DNA from: Chitinophagaceae bacterium | GTDB lineage: Bacteria; Bacteroidota; Bacteroidia; Chitinophagales; Chitinophagaceae | Assembly (NCBI GenBank): GCA_043752185.1 | Contig: JAYUZB010000014.1 | Span: 49-64,048 of the forward strand | Reading direction: 5' to 3' | DNA length: 64,000 nucleotides | In this document: piece after piece, positions 18,696-27,353 of the stretch | How positions within the stretch are numbered: the first letter of the stretch is position 1 | How the letters are laid out: the number at the start of each line of letters is the position of its first letter | Notes under the pieces: generated by a model | Seen by the model: only the letters and a program-made list of their open reading frames with translations | Databases searched by the model: none | Told to the model about the DNA's origin: nothing | Made by a program: the position numbers and the translations under genes

Positions 18696-18778
18696 GGTAC
18701 AAACCCAAACAGCACTAAAATCTCAATTTTACTGCAGGTACAAACCCAGCGGAGCACTTAAATCCCAATTTTACTACA
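18696..18778. repeat. Imperfect ~41-bp tandem duplication
   Basis: GGTACAAACCCA...AGCACT...CAATTTTACT(G/A)CA at 18696-18736 and 18737-18778. Confidence 0.75.
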
Positions 18779-18792
18779 GAGATAAATCCGTT

Positions 18793-19707
18793 TTAATCCG
18801 TACCAATCTGTGTCATCTGCGTTCCTATCCTCTCCAACACCTTCTCAAAATCCGGCTCACACCAAATAACTTCTTCATCTTTTTTAAACCAGGTCATTTG
18901 GCGTTTGGCGTATTGGCGGGTGTTTATTTTAGTGGCCTCAACAGCATCTTCCAGCGAAAGATCTCCAATCAAATGGCCAAACAATTCCCGGTAGCCAACA
19001 GTTTGTAAGGCATTTAATTTTTTATAAGTTACAAGCTTCTTCACTTCTTCCAAAAAACCGGCTTTCATCATGGCATCTACCCGGCTATTAATATTTTTAT
19101 GCAGTTGATCTTTGGGTATTTCCAGTCCAATTTTTATAATATTAAAAGGCCGTGGCTTTTTTTGCTGCGTACGAAATTCGATGATCGATTTTCCGGTAGC
19201 TAGTTTTACTTCCAGTGCCCGCAGCAGGCGGTGTGAATTTTTTATTTCGCCCTGGGCATAATAGAGCGGATCATTTTTTTCAACTTCTTTTTGTAACCAC
19301 TCCAGTCCCTCCCATTCAAACTCGGCATTTATTTTTTTGCGTATTTTTTCATCAACCACCGGTACTTCATCAATACCCTGGCAAAAAGTTTTTACATACA
19401 ACCCGGTACCACCAACCACTACCGCCACATCATGCTCCTTAAAAATATCCATTGCTTTATCCAGTGCATACTGCTCGTAAATACCGGTGTTCATTTCATC
19501 TTTTATTGAATGGGAACTTATGAAATGATGGGTTACCTGCGCCAGTTCATCTGCCGAAGGCTTGGCTACGCCAATATGCAGCTCTTTAAAGCACTGGCGG
19601 CTATCGGCCGATATAATTTCTGTTTTAAAATGAAGCGCTGTTTGTACAGCAACCGAAGTTTTGCCAACAGCAGTTGGGCCAACGATTACGATGCAGGTTT
19701 TGGTCAT
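18793..19707 (-). CDS. miaA: tRNA dimethylallyltransferase
   Basis: GPTAVGKT, IISADSRQ, VGGTGLY, RALEV, TRQYAKRQMTWF. Confidence 0.95.
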   Translation of the reverse strand: MTKTCIVIVGPTAVGKTSVAVQTALHFKTEIISADSRQCFKELHIGVAKPSADELAQVTHHFISSHSIKDEMNTGIYEQYALDKAMDIFKEHDVAVVVGGTGLYVKTFCQGIDEVPVVDEKIRKKINAEFEWEGLEWLQKEVEKNDPLYYAQGEIKNSHRLLRALEVKLATGKSIIEFRTQQKKPRPFNIIKIGLEIPKDQLHKNINSRVDAMMKAGFLEEVKKLVTYKKLNALQTVGYRELFGHLIGDLSLEDAVEATKINTRQYAKRQMTWFKKDEEVIWCEPDFEKVLERIGTQMTQIGTD

Positions 19708-19741
19708 GTAAATTGTATAAGCTTGTAGAGAGCTCTTCTTA

Positions 19742-19842
19742 AGTTATAAATTATAAGTTATGAATTATGAGTTGTGGAAAGAGAAACGAGATTTATCTTA
19801 CTTGAAGAAACTCATAACTTATCATTCATAACTCATCACTTT
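19742..19842. repeat. Inverted pair of heptamer arrays (A(G/A)TTAT(A/G))n ... (AACTCAT)n
   Basis: About 5 units at 19742-19776 and complementary units at 19809-19842. Confidence 0.75.
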
Positions 19843-20417
19843 TAAAACCCATCATTCTCCCCATCGCCGGTTGCTTCCTCTTCTTCCGCTTCTACACTAT
19901 CGCCATCTTCGTCCTGTTCACTAAAACCATCTGCTAAAGCATCGGGTCGCAGGTCGTATTTTTCTTCCATTTCGGCAAGGCGGCTGTCAACCAAACCCTT
20001 GGTACCATATTGCGAAGGTGCAATACCTTCGGTACGTATGCAACATGGGTAAACTAATTTAGTGTTTTCAGTTTTATCAACAGTAATCAGTTCTACCATA
20101 AAATGCCAGTACTTATTAAAATCGTATTCGTAAATAAATTTCTGATTGGGGTTGGTAATCTCGCTGCCCATAAGTGTATCGGCCATAATGAGTGGCTCGG
20201 CCTTGTATTCCTTATCATATTTCTCCAGCGAAATTTCACGGCCACGCAACCAGTTATCGTTACTGCGGTAAAAAGTTGCCTTGTGCTGCGAATCAAATTC
20301 AAAGCTTTTTAAAATAGTGCTGTGCAGGTCAAAAAAACTCTGGGTATGCTTTATTGCAATATCCCTGTACACACTGTCATCATCTTCCCAATAAATTCTA
20401 AAACGTAAGATAGCCAT
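19842..20417 (-). CDS. pRiA4b ORF-3 / IS1096-passenger TnpR-like protein
   Basis: VYRDIAI..LH..I..FEF and IYEYDF..W.F.VEL motifs, acidic tail; typically found next to miaA in Bacteroidota. Confidence 0.75.
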   Translation of the reverse strand: MAILRFRIYWEDDDSVYRDIAIKHTQSFFDLHSTILKSFEFDSQHKATFYRSNDNWLRGREISLEKYDKEYKAEPLIMADTLMGSEITNPNQKFIYEYDFNKYWHFMVELITVDKTENTKLVYPCCIRTEGIAPSQYGTKGLVDSRLAEMEEKYDLRPDALADGFSEQDEDGDSVEAEEEEATGDGENDGF

Positions 20418-20452
20418 GGTGTAAAAGTAAGATTTTAATAGTTATTTCAAGT

Positions 20453-20574
20453 AATTAGGAGTTGGTAATTGGTAATTAGGTTTATGGCGAGGAACTGTTT
20501 TTTAATAACACTGTTTACTAAATTGAAGGGTGTATGCAAATACCCCAATTCCTAATTACTAATTCCCAATTCCC
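20453..20574. repeat. Inverted heptamer arrays (AATTAGG/AATTGGT)n ... (CTAATTC/CCAATTC)n overlapping the cca stop
   Basis: Arrays at 20453-20480 and 20545-20574. Confidence 0.7.
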
Positions 20575-22081
20575 GTGCCTTTAAAAGCATAAACTCACGT
20601 GCCGCTTCATATTCATTCGGTATTATCCCATCCAATATCGCTTCCCGTATGGCATTTTTTAAATCGCCAACCGGTCGGCTAGGTGGCAGGTTGAATGTTT
20701 CCATAATCATTTCGCCGGTAATGGGCGGCTGCCAGTTACGCAGGTGATCTTTTTCTTCTACCTCAGCGCAACGTTGCTTTACCATTTCAAAATTTTCTAA
20801 AAAACGTTTTACTTTGGTTTTGTTTTTTGATGTGATGTCGGCTGCACATAAAGTCATCAATGCTTCAAAATCTTCGCCGGCATCAAAAAGCAAACGGCGT
20901 ATGGCACTGTCGGTAATATTTTCTTTGGTAACACTGATGGGCCGCAAATGCAACTCTACCAGTTTACGCACAAACTTCATTTTTTCGTTTTGCGGTAGTT
21001 TCAGCTGCGTAAAAATTTTAGGTACCATCCTGCCACCAACTACTTCATGGCCATGAAAGGTCCAGCCATGTCCTTCTTCAAATTTTTTGGTGGCTGGTTT
21101 GGCAATATCGTGCAAAACCGCCGCCCAGCGCACCCAGAGGTCATCGGTGTTTTGGGCAATATTATCAACCACCTGTATGGTATGGTAAAAATTATCTTTG
21201 TGGCCCATCCCATCAATATATTCGGCACCGGCCAAATCAACCATCTGCGGAAAAATAATTTTAAGCAAGCCGCTTTTGTACAAAAGATCAAAACCTATCG
21301 AAGGCTTATCACTCATCAATATCTTATTCAGTTCATCGGCAATTCGTTCGCCACTTACAATTTTAATACGGGCTGAATTTTCGCCAATGGCGGCGAATGT
21401 TTCCGGGTGTATGGTAAAATGTAATTGAGATGCAAAGCGAATGGCCCTCATCATACGCAACGGATCATCACTAAAAGTTTGCGCCGGTGCCAGCGGTGTT
21501 TGAATGTTCTTTATTGCAAGATCGTTGATGCCGTTAAATGGATCTACCAGTTCGCCAAAGTCGTTTTTGTTTAAACTGATGGCCATGGCGTTGATGGTAA
21601 AGTCGCGGCGGTTTTGATCGTCTTCGATGGTGCCGTTTTCAACGGCTGGTTTACGGCTATCATAACTGTAGCTTTCTTTACGGGCGCCTACAAATTCTAT
21701 AGCCCCATCCCAATGAGCTTCGCTCGTTCCCTTCGCTTTACTCGGGAACCCCGAAGGGGAAGGAACTGGAGTATTATTTGAGTATAAATCTTTAGAGAAA
21801 TTTTTATTTTCTTTACCATCTGAAAGGCTCAGTTTTATCTGTGCAGTACCGAAGTTTTTAAAATAGTTTACTTCGGGTTTAGGTTTAAATTTCTCAGCAA
21901 CTTTTGCAGCCAGTTCAATACCATCACCCACACAAACAATATCCATGTCCTTGGTATTTCTTCCCAGTATCTTATCCCGTACAAAGCCTCCAATTAAATA
22001 ACAGGGCACACCCAATTCTTCGGCAGAAAGCGCAATTTTCTCCAGTACTTCCAGTTCTTTATCGTTACAATTAATGTACAT
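20552..22081 (-). CDS. cca: CCA tRNA nucleotidyltransferase with HD domain, carrying a ~40-aa insertion
   Basis: [37 protein letters not shown]; likely start MYINC at 22081. Confidence 0.9.
   Translation of the reverse strand: MYINCNDKELEVLEKIALSAEELGVPCYLIGGFVRDKILGRNTKDMDIVCVGDGIELAAKVAEKFKPKPEVNYFKNFGTAQIKLSLSDGKENKNFSKDLYSNNTPVPSPSGFPSKAKGTSEAHWDGAIEFVGARKESYSYDSRKPAVENGTIEDDQNRRDFTINAMAISLNKNDFGELVDPFNGINDLAIKNIQTPLAPAQTFSDDPLRMMRAIRFASQLHFTIHPETFAAIGENSARIKIVSGERIADELNKILMSDKPSIGFDLLYKSGLLKIIFPQMVDLAGAEYIDGMGHKDNFYHTIQVVDNIAQNTDDLWVRWAAVLHDIAKPATKKFEEGHGWTFHGHEVVGGRMVPKIFTQLKLPQNEKMKFVRKLVELHLRPISVTKENITDSAIRRLLFDAGEDFEALMTLCAADITSKNKTKVKRFLENFEMVKQRCAEVEEKDHLRNWQPPITGEMIMETFNLPPSRPVGDLKNAIREAILDGIIPNEYEAAREFMLLKARELGISN
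21701..21768 (-). repeat. In-frame REP-like palindromic element inside cca
   Basis: Minus strand reads TTCCTTCCCCTTCGGGGTTCCC...GGGAACGAGCGAAGCTCATTGGGATGGGGC, homologous to 7842-7910. Confidence 0.75.
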
Positions 22082-22103
22082 GCGCTGCAAAAGTAGAGGA
22101 AGT

Positions 22104-22202
22104 AATTTGGAATTTGGGATTTGGAATTGGGTGAAAGTTGCTGGATATTTGAAAAGAAAGCTGATTTGTCAATCCTAATTACCAATTACCAGTTACTAAT
22201 TC
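22104..22202. repeat. Inverted heptamer arrays in the cca-lon divergent region
   Basis: AATTTGG-like x4 at 22104-22131; C(T/C)AATTA-like x4 at 22175-22202. Confidence 0.65.
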
Positions 22203-22297
22203 CTTTTCCGGCATTAATATTGACCTTACAGAACCTCACACAAAAAACAACCAATTAACTGGGTGCTTTGACATTTTGACCATATATTGAGAACATT

Positions 22298-24697
22298 ATG
22301 AACGACAAGTTTTATTTGCAGGGACAGGAAGATGAAATGGAATTTATGCCTATGATTCCTTTAAACGAAGATGATGACGGAACTACTGATGATCAACCTA
22401 TTCCGGATGTTATTCCTTTATTAGCTTTAAGAAATACCGTACTGTTTCCCGGTGTAGTAATTCCCATTACCGTTGGTAGAGATAAGAGTATTAAGGCAGT
22501 AACTGATGCTTATAAGGCTGACAAATTGATAGGCGTAGTAGCGCAAAAAGACAGTACAGTAGAAGAACCAACCGTAAGCGATCTGGAAGATATTGGTACT
22601 GTTGCAAAAATTGCCAAGCTGATTAAAATGCCCGATGGGGGCACTACCATCATTATACAGGGTCGTAAGCGTTGCAAGATTGAAGAGATCACATCGGATG
22701 ACCCGTATTTTAAAGCAAAGATCACCGTATTAACCGATGAGGCTTTAAAAGACGATCCCGATTTTGATGCCATGATTGGAAGCATCAAAGACCTGGCAGG
22801 CCAGATCATTAGCCTGTCGCCCAACCTACCCAGCGAAGCTGCCATCATTTTAAAAAATATTGAAAACCCTTCTTTTCTGATACATTTTGTAAGCAGCAAC
22901 CTCAACAGCGATATTAAGGATAAACAACGCCTGCTGGAGATAAGCAGCATTAAGGCCCGTGCCGAACTGCTGATGAACCTGATGCAGACCGAACTGCAAT
23001 ACACCGAACTGAAAAACAAGGTTACCAATAAAACCCGTGCCGAGCTTGATAAGCAGCAGCGTGAATACTTTTTGCAGCAGCAGATGAAAGCCATTAAGGA
23101 CGAACTGGGTGGCGATAATGTGGCCGAAGTAAAAGACATGCTTAAAAAGGCCGAGAACAAAAAATGGCCAGCAGCAGCTAAGGAAATGTTTACTAAAGGA
23201 GCAGAAAAGTTGGAGCGTATGCATCCATCCACACCCGATTACTCGGTAGTGTACAATCATCTGGATTTGATGCTTGACCTGCCCTGGGATGAATACACCG
23301 AAGATTCTTACGACCTGAGAAAAGCTAAAAAGATACTGGACCTGGATCACTATGGAATGCAAAAAATTAAGGAACGCATTTTGGAATACCTGGCTGTTTT
23401 GAAACTGAAAGGCGATATGAAATCCCCCATACTTTGTTTCCTCGGCCCTCCGGGTATTGGTAAAACCAGCCTGGGAAAAAGCATTGCCGCTGCCATACAA
23501 AGAAAATATGTAAGGGTTAGCCTGGGTGGCTTGCATGATGAGAGTGAAATACGTGGACATCGTAAAACATATATCGGCGCCATGCCCGGCCGCATTTTAC
23601 AATCTATACGAAAAGTAAAGTCGAGCAACCCGGTTATGATACTGGATGAAATTGATAAAGTTGGCAGCGATCACCGGGGAGATCCTTCATCAGCTTTGCT
23701 GGAAGTTTTGGACCCCGAGCAGAACAATACCTTTTACGATAACTACCTGGAACTGGAATATGATTTGAGTAAAGTGCTGTTTATTGCAACCGCAAATAAT
23801 TTAAATAATATACCAGCAGCATTACGTGATAGATTGGAAATCATAGATTTGAGTGGATATGCTGTAGAGGAGAAAATTGAAATTGCCAAGCGTCATTTAA
23901 TGCCCAAGCAAAAAGAAATGCATGGTTTAAAAGACAATAGTTTTAAACTAAGTGATACGGTTTTGGAAAAGATGATTCAGGATTATACCCGTGAAAGTGG
24001 CGTAAGGGAACTGGACAGGCAACTTGCCAGCATTATGCGTTACCAGGCAAAAGAATTGGTGATAAAAGGAAAACTAAAAGCCACTATTACCAATAATGAT
24101 GTTGAAAAAATACTGGGTAAGCCAAGATACAGTAACGACCTGTACAAGATTGCCAATATGCCCGGCGTAGCCGTTGGCCTTGCCTGGACCTATGTAGGCG
24201 GTGATATTTTATTTATTGAAACACAACTAAGCGAAGGCAAAGGCGAATTAAAACTCACCGGCAACCTCGGCAATGTGATGAAGGAAAGTGCCAGCACTGC
24301 CCTCACCTACCTTGAAGCCAATTGCAAGAAAGTGGATATTGCCCCGGAAATGTTTCACAAAAAAGACATTCATATACATGTGCCTGAAGGCGCCACACCC
24401 AAGGATGGCCCAAGTGCCGGCATTACTATGCTGAGTGCATTGGCAAGTGCTTTCACAGGTCGTAAAATAAAACCTTACCTAGCCATGACTGGTGAGATAA
24501 CATTACGTGGACAGGTGTTACCGGTTGGCGGCATTAAAGAAAAAGTACTGGCAGCACGCCGTGCTGGTTTAAAAGAGATCATCATGTGCTGGCAAAATGA
24601 AAAAGATGTAGAAGAAATAAACCCGCAATACATAAAGGGTATTAAGTTTCATTATGTAAAGAATATGCAGCAGGTGCTGGATTTGGCGCTGGCGTAA
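22298..24697 (+). CDS. lon: ATP-dependent Lon protease
   Basis: N-domain VLFPG; Walker A GPPGIGKT; DEIDK; catalytic PKDGPSAG and GGIKEK. Confidence 0.97.
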   Translation: MNDKFYLQGQEDEMEFMPMIPLNEDDDGTTDDQPIPDVIPLLALRNTVLFPGVVIPITVGRDKSIKAVTDAYKADKLIGVVAQKDSTVEEPTVSDLEDIGTVAKIAKLIKMPDGGTTIIIQGRKRCKIEEITSDDPYFKAKITVLTDEALKDDPDFDAMIGSIKDLAGQIISLSPNLPSEAAIILKNIENPSFLIHFVSSNLNSDIKDKQRLLEISSIKARAELLMNLMQTELQYTELKNKVTNKTRAELDKQQREYFLQQQMKAIKDELGGDNVAEVKDMLKKAENKKWPAAAKEMFTKGAEKLERMHPSTPDYSVVYNHLDLMLDLPWDEYTEDSYDLRKAKKILDLDHYGMQKIKERILEYLAVLKLKGDMKSPILCFLGPPGIGKTSLGKSIAAAIQRKYVRVSLGGLHDESEIRGHRKTYIGAMPGRILQSIRKVKSSNPVMILDEIDKVGSDHRGDPSSALLEVLDPEQNNTFYDNYLELEYDLSKVLFIATANNLNNIPAALRDRLEIIDLSGYAVEEKIEIAKRHLMPKQKEMHGLKDNSFKLSDTVLEKMIQDYTRESGVRELDRQLASIMRYQAKELVIKGKLKATITNNDVEKILGKPRYSNDLYKIANMPGVAVGLAWTYVGGDILFIETQLSEGKGELKLTGNLGNVMKESASTALTYLEANCKKVDIAPEMFHKKDIHIHVPEGATPKDGPSAGITMLSALASAFTGRKIKPYLAMTGEITLRGQVLPVGGIKEKVLAARRAGLKEIIMCWQNEKDVEEINPQYIKGIKFHYVKNMQQVLDLALA

Positions 24698-24710
24698 AAA
24701 AAATAAATTA

Positions 24711-24749
24711 AAAAAAATCCCGCTACAAAATTTGCAGCGGGATTTTTTT
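24711..24749. terminator. Bidirectional intrinsic terminator
   Basis: A7-TCCCGCT...AGCGGGA-T7 between convergent genes. Confidence 0.85.
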
Positions 24750-24750
24750 G

Positions 24751-25500
24751 TTAAAAATGTGTTCGTTTCTTTCTAAAGTTAATTTTTACAGGAATACCAA
24801 TTGTTACAGCAGTTCCCGAACCTAAAGATTTTATATTATTTTGAAAAGTGCTTCCATTGTATTGAGTTTCTACCACACCTACATATGAATAATTACCAAA
24901 ATTCCAGTTTTTCATTACTGAAATAAAAAACCATTGTTTATCATTTTTACCAAAATACATATTTGCTCCAGACAATAATGAGTAATTACCACGGGATCCT
25001 CCATAAGTTTTTAATACAACTGATCCTCCACCACTACTACCAACACCCCCATTATTATTTAAAATATTATACCCAAACCCCAGCATTGGCTGTATTTGAA
25101 AAAATAAGCCACTATTTTTTTTAGCGTTTATGTTATTTAAAATATTATTAAAATAAACTGGTTTACTTAGTAATTGATACCCAAATTCTAAACGGGGAAA
25201 ACTAACAGTACTCTTCATTGAGCCTTGCCCATTTACATCTTCATATTTATATTTTAGCCCGCCATTAACATATTGTATTCCAAAAAACAACCCCCTGCCT
25301 TTCTTATTATCTAAATAGCCTCTTAAACCAAAAGTTGCATTTGTTTGAAATTGTTTGTTAACAGAACTAAAAGGACTTAAGCCGTTAATTGTAGAAGATG
25401 TAGTTTGTACACCGGCATTTGGTAAAAGAACCAGCCTCTGTGCATTGATAATTACATGAGACAATATAACAAGAATGATTGTAGCTAATAATTTTTTCAT
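24751..25500 (-). CDS. Secreted, probable outer-membrane beta-barrel protein (low GC, accessory)
   Basis: Start reassigned to MKKLLATIILVILSHVIINAQ; Gly/aromatic-rich beta-strand pattern; visibly more AT-rich than lon. Confidence 0.65.
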   Translation of the reverse strand: MKKLLATIILVILSHVIINAQRLVLLPNAGVQTTSSTINGLSPFSSVNKQFQTNATFGLRGYLDNKKGRGLFFGIQYVNGGLKYKYEDVNGQGSMKSTVSFPRLEFGYQLLSKPVYFNNILNNINAKKNSGLFFQIQPMLGFGYNILNNNGGVGSSGGGSVVLKTYGGSRGNYSLLSGANMYFGKNDKQWFFISVMKNWNFGNYSYVGVVETQYNGSTFQNNIKSLGSGTAVTIGIPVKINFRKKRTHF

Positions 25501-25704
25501 TTTAGTTAGTTTTAGTTTAAACCAAAATAACATATACGAGTTGAAAAATAATGTTAAGTAAAATAGAAGGAATGGTTAAATAAATGGGTGTTTTTCTAAA
25601 ACATAAATGGTTTAGGTTCAATCCAGCAAAAAAAATAATTACACACAACCAACATCATCAAAAAACGTAAGTAATGTAAGTTATCAAAAGGTTTCATGTT
25701 GATA

Positions 25705-25871
25705 GCATTAAAGAAAAAGTACTGGCAGCTCACTTGGCAGGTTTAAAAGAGATCATCATGTGCTGGCAAAATGAAAAAGATGTAGAAGAAATAAACCCGC
25801 AATATATTAAGGGTATTAAATTTCATTATGTGAAGAATATGCAGCAGGTGCTGGATTTGGCATTAACATAG
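25705..25871 (+). pseudogene. lon: Duplicated 3' end of lon (167 bp, ~90% identical to 24531-24697)
   Basis: Manual alignment gives 16 mismatches and no indels, many synonymous; ends in TAG; in-frame stop at 25677 and no upstream start. Confidence 0.92.
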
Positions 25872-25885
25872 AATTGTTACCTATA

Positions 25886-25920
25886 TAAAAAGAGATTATT
25901 GAAATAATAATCTCTTTTTA
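25886..25920. terminator. Bidirectional terminator after the lon fragment
   Basis: TAAAAAGAGATTATT-gaaat-AATAATCTCTTTTTA perfect 15-bp inverted repeat. Confidence 0.75.
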
Positions 25921-25930
25921 TTAGTATTTA

Positions 25931-26419
25931 TCAGTAAGTAATTGTTGCATTAACTACTTTCTCTTTATTATCACTGTTGAATAATTTAAGATCTTTTATC
26001 GTCAACATTTTATCTGAAACCGTAATAGTACCTGTAGAGTTGGATCTTGTAATAAATTCTTTATCTCCAATAGCCGGACCTGATAAGGCAACATAAGCTT
26101 CGCCCGGCTCCATAGAGTAAAATCCCCCTGCGGGTTTCAAATTACCAGCAGCTTCTTTTTCATTTTTAAACACAGCCTGTAATAAAGCAAGTGGTTCATC
26201 CTGCTGGCAAACTACAGAAAACTGGCCTGTTATTTTATCACCAAAATATTGTGTGCTAACATTTCCTTTGTAAGATGCTCCATCTACAATAAATGAAGCT
26301 GTTTTTGCTTTGTCAGCTGTTTCAATATCTGCAACCTGGTTTTCTTTAGTATCCTTGTTGTTGCAGGCAGCAGCTATCAAACTAAAGCTTAGCACAAAAT
26401 AAAAAATTATACTTTTCAT
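25931..26419 (-). CDS. Hypothetical lipoprotein
   Basis: Lipobox IAAAC followed by NNKDTKE (K/D/E-rich, like a lipoprotein export signal). Confidence 0.75.
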   Translation of the reverse strand: MKSIIFYFVLSFSLIAAACNNKDTKENQVADIETADKAKTASFIVDGASYKGNVSTQYFGDKITGQFSVVCQQDEPLALLQAVFKNEKEAAGNLKPAGGFYSMEPGEAYVALSGPAIGDKEFITRSNSTGTITVSDKMLTIKDLKLFNSDNKEKVVNATITY

Positions 26420-26472
26420 ATCTGTAGAATTTAAACATTTATTGCAGGTAATTAAATTTGAGTTGCATTATT

Positions 26473-27207
26473 TTACAACCGCTTGTATTCGTAAATTGAA
26501 ATACTGGTACCATCTATTCTTTTTATTGGGTAGCCATCTGCATTGTATTCATAAGTATAGTTCACTGTTCCAAATGAATAAACTATACTTCCTACATTAT
26601 TTTTTCCATAACCCGGAAAACTAAATGCTGCGGGAAAAGAAGAACCAGGAGTATTTTTTGTATCGTAATTACCATAAGTAACAACACCTGAGTAAGTTCC
26701 GGCGGGATTTGCTGGCGTGGTTGTGTATGATTTTACTTCAACCAAATTTCCATTAGCATTATATTTATACTCCTGCCTCCATCCATTACCAGTTGGGGTA
26801 TATATGTAGTTTTGAATAACTACACCTGCAACATAAGTAAAAGTATACGTATTCACCAATGTTTCAGTAGCCCCGCTTACTGAATACTCTTTTTGGGTAT
26901 TAACAGTACCATCAGTATTGTAAGTGTATTTCCCTTTATTTTGACTTATACTTTCAAAAAATTCTGCCAAACTTCCATTTGTATTATAAGTAAATGTATA
27001 ATTTCTTGGAGCATTTGAGGGGTTGGCACTTTGTGTGTAAGCTATCATTTTGTTACTGGCATCGTAGGTATAAGTGAAAGTCAGCCCGTCGTTATCGGTT
27101 CTTTTTGTCACCAGATTTTGATGGGCTGGTTCTATAACATCTTTGTTTTTTTTACATGCTGTAAAAGCAAGGCTAAAGGCAAGGAAAGCGAAGATTAATT
27201 TTTTCAT
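26473..27207 (-). CDS. Hypothetical lipoprotein with YD-like (Y-x-Y-D/N) repeats
   Basis: Lipobox FTAC-KKNKD; repeats TYTYDASNK, YTYNTDG, YKYNANGNL, YEYNADGYP. Confidence 0.75.
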   Translation of the reverse strand: MKKLIFAFLAFSLAFTACKKNKDVIEPAHQNLVTKRTDNDGLTFTYTYDASNKMIAYTQSANPSNAPRNYTFTYNTNGSLAEFFESISQNKGKYTYNTDGTVNTQKEYSVSGATETLVNTYTFTYVAGVVIQNYIYTPTGNGWRQEYKYNANGNLVEVKSYTTTPANPAGTYSGVVTYGNYDTKNTPGSSFPAAFSFPGYGKNNVGSIVYSFGTVNYTYEYNADGYPIKRIDGTSISIYEYKRL

Positions 27208-27303
27208 AATATTAATTTTTATGTGATAAACTTATTATTACAGGCAATACATTTTTTCCTGTTGAGCATAAAGGTATACTGCTTTAAAAGCCTGATTAAA
27301 TGT

Positions 27304-27338
27304 AACCGCTGAACGGAGGTTTAAAATCGTTGAAGGGA
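27304..27338 (-). promoter_or_regulatory. Candidate LytTR-binding direct repeat (21-bp period)
   Basis: AACCGCTGAACGGA (27304) and AATCGTTGAAGGGA (27325), upstream of a TACCTTTA -7-like box (27269-27276, minus strand). Confidence 0.5.
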
Positions 27339-27353
27339 ATGAAAGCGTTAGTA

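Noticed and set aside
18696-18778. Possible mini-CRISPR
   Set aside because: Only two adjacent copies, no spacer and no cas genes.
19842-20417. 'IS1096 passenger TnpR' protein as evidence of a mobile element
   Set aside because: No transposase or TIRs nearby; the gene is a usual chromosomal neighbour of miaA in Bacteroidota.
22510-23628. Long antisense ORFs (240, 236 and 92 aa) within lon
   Set aside because: Shadow ORFs opposite a well-conserved gene, with no recognisable motifs. The same applies to the other short overlapping ORFs in the track.
25570-25612. ATAAATGG direct repeat upstream of the 25500 ORF as a LytTR site
   Set aside because: Short and AT-rich in an AT-rich background; could easily be chance.
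26473-27207. RHS/YD toxin
   Set aside because: Only 244 aa, has a lipoprotein signal, and lacks an RHS core motif, toxin tip or immunity gene.
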